DNA from: a virus
Length of the DNA: 64,000 nucleotides
IMG/VR virus record: IMGVR_UViG_3300049783_000824
Span: 9,687 to 73,686 of that record
Strand: one strand, 5' to 3'
Shown here: one piece after another, positions 58,287 through 64,000 of the stretch
How positions within the stretch are numbered: the first letter of the stretch is position 1
How the letters are laid out: each line of letters starts with the position of its first letter
The notes under the pieces: generated by a model
Database searches by the model: none
What the model saw: the letters and a program-made list of their open reading frames with translations, nothing else
Told to the model about the DNA's origin: nothing
Translations under genes and position numbers: made by a program

Positions 58287-59867
58287 TTAGCCGTCAATTG
58301 GCACTTCTGGAATGTCAATCTTAGGTAATGATGAATCTAATGCAAAACCTATTTCATTAACATCCACAGAATCATCATCGCTACCACTCTTTCCATTTTT
58401 CCCATTGTTACCCTTATCTTTAGAATTTCCTTTCTCTTCAGGCAACAAATCATCAACACCACCGTCGGTGTCTAGAAGATCCTCCAATACTATAGAATCA
58501 TCCTTAGAATCTTTCTGTGATGCACCGGGAGTATCATCGCCTTGGTTACCCTTATTACCCTCATCTTCATCATCACCGTCTTTAGGGTCAGCATTAGGTC
58601 CACCACCACCCTGACCGGGATTATCATCATCCTGACCATCAGTGTTGTTACCATGGCCTTTGTTTCCATTGCCATCATCCGGTTCTTCTGGGTATGGCTC
58701 AAATTTTACAACAGCATCTACCAAAGTTTCAGTACGTGGCTCAGTTACAACAGCAGTATCAACCGCATCACCAGTTACAACATCAACTACAGGTTCAGAC
58801 CTATCAACAACAACCGTACCATCAGGATACGTTGTAGTCGTAATAGTAACTTCACTGGTTGTATCAGTCCACGGTGTTGTTGTAGTAGTCGTAGTGGTAT
58901 CCTCAAACTCACTTGTTGTAGTGGTTGTTGTAGTAATAATGTTACGACCATTTACATCGTCAGGCTCAGTTGTTACTTCTGTATTAACATTCTCACTGAT
59001 AAACTTGGATTCAGTTTCCACAGATACAGTAACATCACCATTGATATAAAAAGTACTAATTTCAGTTGTTACTACCACTACTGGTGGCTCAACTGGAGGC
59101 TCAACAGGAGGCTCAACAGGAGGTACTGGTGGTACTGGTGGTACTGGTGGTACTGGTGGTTCTTCCACTACTGGTGGCTCTTCCACTGGAACTTCAGCTG
59201 GAGGAATTTCAACGGTAACTGGCGTTTCAGGCTCTGGTTCTGGTGCAGGTGGTTCCACTTCAGGCACTGGTACTGATGGCGTATCAATCTCCGGTTCAAT
59301 ATTAGGAGTTTCCGGTTCTTCATCTACTGGTTCCTCAGGTTCAACAACTACTTCACTATCCAATTCTTCGGCATCTGCCCCCGGCGATTCGCTAGATGTA
59401 CGTAATGCTGGTTCTTCATCAACAACAGTTGGCGATGATATTCCTTCAACACTTGCTTCTGTTTCGACTTCTGCTTCGCCCTCAACTGCTGTTTCTTCAA
59501 TTGGTGTTTGGTCATCTTCATTACTCCCGTTAATGTCGTATTCTATATCTGATGATTGGTAGTCTGAGTTATTAAATTCTACAGTACCAACGTTTTCTTG
59601 TATTCTTTCTAATCGAACAAAACCGTGACCCTCTTCCTTACCACCACCACTTAGGCCAGCAGCGGTTGCTTCTTCTTCGATCATCGAGTTAATTTCTTCA
59701 AATTCATATGGATGAACAACCACGCCATTGCTGTCAACAAAGTCGGTATCGACCGATGGTATTACTTCTGGCCATACTTCTGGCCATCCGAATTCATCTC
59801 GATTCTGTTGTTGTTTTAACAGTTCTAATGACTCTTCTTTTGTGATAAGGGGGGTTTCTTCACTCAT
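58287..59867 (-). CDS. Large acidic Pro/Glu/Thr-rich low-complexity protein
   Basis: AGGAG SD, (PPV)n, poly-Thr strands, GNKGHGNNTDG.D.DNPG. Confidence 0.7.
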   Translation of the reverse strand: MSEETPLITKEESLELLKQQQNRDEFGWPEVWPEVIPSVDTDFVDSNGVVVHPYEFEEINSMIEEEATAAGLSGGGKEEGHGFVRLERIQENVGTVEFNNSDYQSSDIEYDINGSNEDDQTPIEETAVEGEAEVETEASVEGISSPTVVDEEPALRTSSESPGADAEELDSEVVVEPEEPVDEEPETPNIEPEIDTPSVPVPEVEPPAPEPEPETPVTVEIPPAEVPVEEPPVVEEPPVPPVPPVPPVPPVEPPVEPPVEPPVVVVTTEISTFYINGDVTVSVETESKFISENVNTEVTTEPDDVNGRNIITTTTTTTSEFEDTTTTTTTTPWTDTTSEVTITTTTYPDGTVVVDRSEPVVDVVTGDAVDTAVVTEPRTETLVDAVVKFEPYPEEPDDGNGNKGHGNNTDGQDDDNPGQGGGGPNADPKDGDDEDEGNKGNQGDDTPGASQKDSKDDSIVLEDLLDTDGGVDDLLPEEKGNSKDKGNNGKNGKSGSDDDSVDVNEIGFALDSSLPKIDIPEVPIDG

Positions 59868-59969
59868 TTTGTTCTCCTATAATATACCATTACGTTAGTA
59901 TATGTATTATTAGCGCAATCTTATACTACGGGAACAGTAAATGCAAGGACTTTATTGGGGATATTACTA

Positions 59970-60305
59970 TTATTTCGTATTCATGTTTTGGGATACAAAG
60001 AATGCAGCAACAATACCAGCAACAGCTACGAAATATGTAGGGGCCATGTCACCTAATATGGTTGCAGCACTTTCCAACCCAACAAACACAGCTAATACAA
60101 CGGCGAATGGGTACAGTAGCATACCAAATAGCCCATACCAAGCCATTTTACGCTGTGAGTCTGCTTTTTTATCTTCATTTTCAAGTCTAATACGATCATA
60201 TTCCAATTTAATTAACATCTCTTGCTTTTGAATTTCATCTTCGGATAGCACACCATCCTGATTGGTGTCGTACTTCTCTTCTAATGATTTATTATCGTCC
60301 CTCAT
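59970..60305 (-). CDS. Two-TM membrane protein with EF-hand-like loop
   Basis: DTNQDGVLSEDEI plus two TMs, late promoter. Confidence 0.65.
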   Translation of the reverse strand: MRDDNKSLEEKYDTNQDGVLSEDEIQKQEMLIKLEYDRIRLENEDKKADSQRKMAWYGLFGMLLYPFAVVLAVFVGLESAATILGDMAPTYFVAVAGIVAAFFVSQNMNTK

Positions 60306-60379
60306 GTCAAAACCTCATAAAACTAATGTACATATATTTATACTATATGATAACTAATTTACAAAGTATGAGGGTGTTA

Positions 60380-60568
60380 TTATCTGTGGAGAATTACACC
60401 AGTAACGTTTTGTATAAGCTCCCACGCAGACTCGTTATTTCCTTTCGAAACCAATAAATCAAATTGCTCTTTCTGTTCGTCTGAGGCAAGTTTATAGAAT
60501 TTAAACACTTCCATTGCACCAATGTTTCCGGGGTATGAGGCTTCCACCAATATGTTTTTAATTTTCAT
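60380..60568 (-). CDS. Small probable head-packaged protein
   Basis: MKIKNILVE leader. Confidence 0.55.
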   Translation of the reverse strand: MKIKNILVEASYPGNIGAMEVFKFYKLASDEQKEQFDLLVSKGNNESAWELIQNVTGVILHR

Positions 60569-60612
60569 GACATTAACATCCAAGTATTCTAGTATTTACT
60601 TGTATTCAAAGT

Positions 60613-60942
60613 TTAAAGATCTTTTCCGATTAGCACTGGATCAATTGTGTATGGTACTCCATCTATTATTCTAAAAACATCAACTTTTTCGAAATTATAT
60701 GACTCTGTATGTAGCTTCCAAAGAGCATAACAAACTTCATTTTTATTAAGTATTTCTGAATAATCACCAATGGTTTTAATTTTCACGTAAATATCAGTTT
60801 CAATATAATAAATAACAAAAGTATCATCATCACTATACTCTTTGAGGTGATTACTGACAGTCTCATTAAACTCATAATTGTATACTCCGGGAGGTAAAGT
60901 TTTTACTTTCGTCCCACCACCAGAACCTCTATACGTTGGCAT
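60613..60942 (-). CDS. Hypothetical protein, paralog family member
   Basis: FVIY...IYV motif. Confidence 0.55.
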   Translation of the reverse strand: MPTYRGSGGGTKVKTLPPGVYNYEFNETVSNHLKEYSDDDTFVIYYIETDIYVKIKTIGDYSEILNKNEVCYALWKLHTESYNFEKVDVFRIIDGVPYTIDPVLIGKDL

Positions 60943-60950
60943 AGATTACC

Positions 60951-61361
60951 TCATGTAAGCATAAATGATTTAGTAAAGTCTGGTTCATAGTATATTGATG
61001 TTAATAACGAACCATTTGGTACGTTTTTAATATGATTAGTATAGACATCACATTCTACTACAATTAAATGCCCAGTATGCTTTTCAATAAAATTGCGTAT
61101 TTCTGAAAGTTCAGGTTGATCATGATACCAACACGGTGGAATAAGATCAAATAGTGAGCTTGCATGTAGGGACTCCGTATGCTCATACGTAAATAGAACC
61201 CTTGTTCTGTTAAACCAATCAAAAGTCCTATTAGCATCTTTAATATCTAAATATTTTTCCTTCTTAAGATTGTATATTGCATAACCATACCCTTCAGGCA
61301 CATCATCAGGCAATTTCGAATATTGTTTAACACACCTTGTTTGTATATCTGGTAAAAACAT
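60951..61361 (-). CDS. Hypothetical protein, paralog family member
   Basis: YAIYN....KYL motif. Confidence 0.6.
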   Translation of the reverse strand: MFLPDIQTRCVKQYSKLPDDVPEGYGYAIYNLKKEKYLDIKDANRTFDWFNRTRVLFTYEHTESLHASSLFDLIPPCWYHDQPELSEIRNFIEKHTGHLIVVECDVYTNHIKNVPNGSLLTSIYYEPDFTKSFMLT

Positions 61362-61366
61362 ATAAA

Positions 61367-61807
61367 TTATCCTGTGAAATATTCACCGAGTATCTTTTGG
61401 TAGATTGTGAAATTATTTGCAGATGATATCAGTGACAAATTATTGTACCTTAAACTAACACCACTTTCACGGTAGAATATCTGGATAGGAACAAACGTAA
61501 CATCAGATATGTCATCGTTGATAAATCCACCAATACGATGAGTAAAACTCAGGAACACCTCATAGTCATCCTCAGTATCATCACTAATGGGTTCAACACT
61601 TTCATCTGAATAACACAAACCACTAACAGTGTATGTCTTGATAATGTTATTAACCACTTCATTAGTGACATGTATCATAGTGCCATCTATTGAATTGTCA
61701 GTGGGTAACCAAACCAATGCATCATCTTCATCAACTCCGAGATACCCATCAACACTCTTGTTGTACAAATAAAAAACACTAACATCAATTCTTTCATAGT
61801 TTGCCAT
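61367..61807 (-). CDS. Hypothetical protein, paralog family member
   Basis: FYLYN....GYL ... FVPIQI. Confidence 0.6.
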   Translation of the reverse strand: MANYERIDVSVFYLYNKSVDGYLGVDEDDALVWLPTDNSIDGTMIHVTNEVVNNIIKTYTVSGLCYSDESVEPISDDTEDDYEVFLSFTHRIGGFINDDISDVTFVPIQIFYRESGVSLRYNNLSLISSANNFTIYQKILGEYFTG

Positions 61808-61864
61808 ATAGATACTCTCTCCGTTTGGGTCATATTACCACCACGTCGTGGTGTTAGCAAGTAT

Positions 61865-62437
61865 CTAGTCGAAAATACTTGTTATATTTTCTGTCACCCA
61901 AGCGACATCAGTACCTACTAGCGCCATTTTAGACAATGTACCATTATCTTTGCCAACCAATAACAGATCACTTACCTCAGTTATGGCTTTACCCAATAGG
62001 TTGGTGCCATTCCATGCATTAACATCGTAAGCTAATGCATCTGTTAAGCTTAGACCAATGCCCCATATTTTATCATGAAGGCTGGCTTCAACATACAGTC
62101 TCTTACCATCATTAAAATTATCTGCGTAATTATCAAAAACTTCTGTATTTTGTGTAGCTTTTAAAAATGTCCCAAGCACAACCACCCTATACCCAACCAC
62201 TGACCATTGTTCGTAATCGTAATTTTTGACGGCTCTACCAAGAGCCTTCTGCTTTTGTGGGTCAGTTGTAGCAAGAATAGCCTTAGCACTGGCATAATCC
62301 TTAAAATGCATAGCCTTACCATACATCATAAACTGTTCAGCACAGTTAAACTCAACACCATTAAACGTGAATGGCGAACGATACCATTGCGAATGAATAC
62401 CACCATAAAAAAACACACACTCATTTTTATTAATCAT
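61865..62437 (-). CDS. NADAR-family ADP-ribosylhydrolase
   Basis: FF....SQWY, AEQFMM..KA..F.D, K.LGR.V, EAS..D.IWGIG, G.NLLG. Confidence 0.92.
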   Translation of the reverse strand: MINKNECVFFYGGIHSQWYRSPFTFNGVEFNCAEQFMMYGKAMHFKDYASAKAILATTDPQKQKALGRAVKNYDYEQWSVVGYRVVVLGTFLKATQNTEVFDNYADNFNDGKRLYVEASLHDKIWGIGLSLTDALAYDVNAWNGTNLLGKAITEVSDLLLVGKDNGTLSKMALVGTDVAWVTENITSIFD

Positions 62438-62454
62438 TTTAATCTCCTGTTTAT

Positions 62455-62838
62455 TTAGTACATACTGTCTAGCGAAACACCATTCATCCAACTAACATGA
62501 AGTGCGCATCGCGTAAAATCTATGTGGACGGGGTATATGTATAGACTTTTTTCTTCAAAACATTCGGATATAAGGTGTGCAACAAATAACACTTGATCAA
62601 ACATTTTACTACTCAGTAACGTATCTATTTTATTCGCCCAGACATGGTTAATGTTAATAGTTGATGTTGTAATTATTTCAGGAATATGCATTAGATTAAA
62701 GTACTTGTTACGAGCGGCATCATACAGTACGTAATGTGTCCAGAGTTTATTACCCAAACCAATGACTCTATCGCTATTATAACTGGCAGTCGTAAACTCC
62801 ATATAGTCTTTATTAAACATGTCACTCACTTTCATCAT
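62455..62838 (-). CDS. Hypothetical protein, paralog family member
   Basis: YVLYD....KYF ... LYIYPVHI. Confidence 0.6.
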   Translation of the reverse strand: MMKVSDMFNKDYMEFTTASYNSDRVIGLGNKLWTHYVLYDAARNKYFNLMHIPEIITTSTININHVWANKIDTLLSSKMFDQVLFVAHLISECFEEKSLYIYPVHIDFTRCALHVSWMNGVSLDSMY

Positions 62839-62840
62839 AA

Positions 62841-63395
62841 TTAAAAAGTCTCCACTTCGTAATTATGTTTTCTTGCAAAATCTAGCATCTTTGCTGGTAT
62901 TGGCATTTTACTATGACTTATGTTATAACAATCTTGCTTGAAAGTATAGTTATTATCTGGGTCTAGCTCACCCTTCTTGTGAAATATGGATTTATCCTTA
63001 AACCCTTGACGAGTAACAACACCACATAGCCATACCCTACCCCAATTACGCTCATCAGCCCTCATGAAAAAATAAAAATCACACGCTTGCTTAACATTAA
63101 CTGCGGTAACACTAGCTTCATAGTTGCTCTTAGGTGGAACCGTGGTTCTCTTAGTCTTAACTTCAACCTTATTACCCTTGTATATTATATCATACTGGTA
63201 GTCACCAATTATTGCACTATCAGAATCGTTATCACTCCTAAGAAAATCATTAAGAGCTATCTCGCCTAAGCACCCAGCAAACGTACCCTTACCCTCTGTA
63301 ATAGAATTCCTTAGATTTGGAATAAGCTTAGCATACTCTGTAGCCTGATGTAACATCAGTTCAGTTGTTGGCATTACTATTGTCTCATAGCTCAT
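62841..63395 (-). CDS. PD-(D/E)XK nuclease-like protein
   Basis: G.LGE...YD....VEVKTK. Confidence 0.6.
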   Translation of the reverse strand: MSYETIVMPTTELMLHQATEYAKLIPNLRNSITEGKGTFAGCLGEIALNDFLRSDNDSDSAIIGDYQYDIIYKGNKVEVKTKRTTVPPKSNYEASVTAVNVKQACDFYFFMRADERNWGRVWLCGVVTRQGFKDKSIFHKKGELDPDNNYTFKQDCYNISHSKMPIPAKMLDFARKHNYEVETF

Positions 63396-63999
63396 TGATA
63401 AGCCTTCTAGAATTCTTCAAATCCACATAAAACATGTGATGTTGATCAATTGTTATTGGAACATAATACAAATTTCCTAAATAATCCCCGTGAAAGTAAT
63501 CTTTCCAAAATGTACAAAGATCTTTCTCATTATAACCTTCCTTTAGTTTAAAGAAGCCATCAACACTAGTAATGTTTTCTTTCCAACTATGGGTTTCGCT
63601 ACCATTTGGACCAAAGCCGTTAAATTTTGTCATATACATGTCAGCATCAGAATCATAGATGGTATACCTAAAATACCCATCAAAATATTCGTCATCATTA
63701 TCATCAATACTAATATGCTCACCCACAATATACTCCATTCCATCGAAGTAAGTAACAACCTTATAATTATAACTAGCCATAGATGGTATACCATTAATAC
63801 TACCTACACCCCTAGTACTAAGTGCACCTACACCTGCATTAATACTAGCTGCCGTCGGACCACTAACTGTTCCAGTGACAGTGATACCACCGGAAGCCGA
63901 ACCATTAATAGCATAATTACCGATGTTCGCACCGAGACCCGGAATATACCCTCCGCTGCGTTGTACAGGTATGTACGGTGCGTAGATGAAACCTGTGTC
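63385..63999 (-). CDS. Chimeric ORF, 5'-truncated: gp23-like C-terminal motif, Gly-rich linker, paralog-family domain
   Basis: Frame is open from 63999: DTGFIYAPYIPVQRSGG...GIPS-MASYNY, with no stop before the annotated Met at 63780. Confidence 0.7.
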   Translation of the reverse strand, partial: DTGFIYAPYIPVQRSGGYIPGLGANIGNYAINGSASGGITVTGTVSGPTAASINAGVGALSTRGVGSINGIPSMASYNYKVVTYFDGMEYIVGEHISIDDNDDEYFDGYFRYTIYDSDADMYMTKFNGFGPNGSETHSWKENITSVDGFFKLKEGYNEKDLCTFWKDYFHGDYLGNLYYVPITIDQHHMFYVDLKNSRRLINEL

Positions 64000-64000
64000 A

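Noticed and set aside
58312-59276. + strand ORFs with poly-Val or Trp-rich repeats
   Set aside because: They are antisense shadows of the low-complexity 58287-59867 gene.
1-64000. Stop-codon reassignment (alternative genetic code)
   Set aside because: Core genes are full length in the standard code and end in TAA, TAG and TGA.
63781-64000. Canonical gp24 vertex protein or a second intact capsid gene
   Set aside because: The sequence after YAPYIP lacks the FQP/TRY ending and continues into an unrelated domain. It is kept as a chimeric finding instead.

Overview
This 64-kb window is part of an AT-rich, gene-dense, T4-superfamily (probably jumbo) myophage genome read in the standard genetic code. 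A two-component spanin pair points to a Gram-negative host. The left and central parts hold the core genes: prohead scaffold end, major capsid gp23, endolysin and candidate holin, enlarged gp13/gp14 neck proteins, gp41 helicase, small and large terminase, gp32 SSB, UvsX/UvsY/UvsW, clamp loader, GroES-like co-chaperonin, spanins and gp61 primase. The right part is accessory: nucleotide metabolism, PhoH, ClpP, MoxR/vWA, anti-defence candidates and a paralog array. T4-type late promoters (TATAAATA) and sigma70-type promoters are both visible. The most notable observations are: (1) a miniature DNA polymerase III alpha (DnaE) split into two ~190-aa genes 5.5 kb apart, with no intein, accompanied by a DnaQ-like exonuclease, a possible stand-alone Hint-fold gene and a primase with a degenerate DxD motif; (2) at the right edge, a fragment of the major-capsid C-terminal motif fused in frame to a member of a five-gene paralog family; (3) many late genes with T4-like capsid-targeting leaders, including an Acb1 anti-CBASS homologue and an HTH protein; (4) both a macrodomain and a NADAR ADP-ribose eraser; (5) cis-regulatory structures: 10-nt repeats in the ssb leader, hairpins enclosing late promoters, and a structured phoH leader carrying a 4-codon minigene. 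All calls come from motif recognition by eye; no searches were run. No CRISPR array, tRNA or rRNA was seen.
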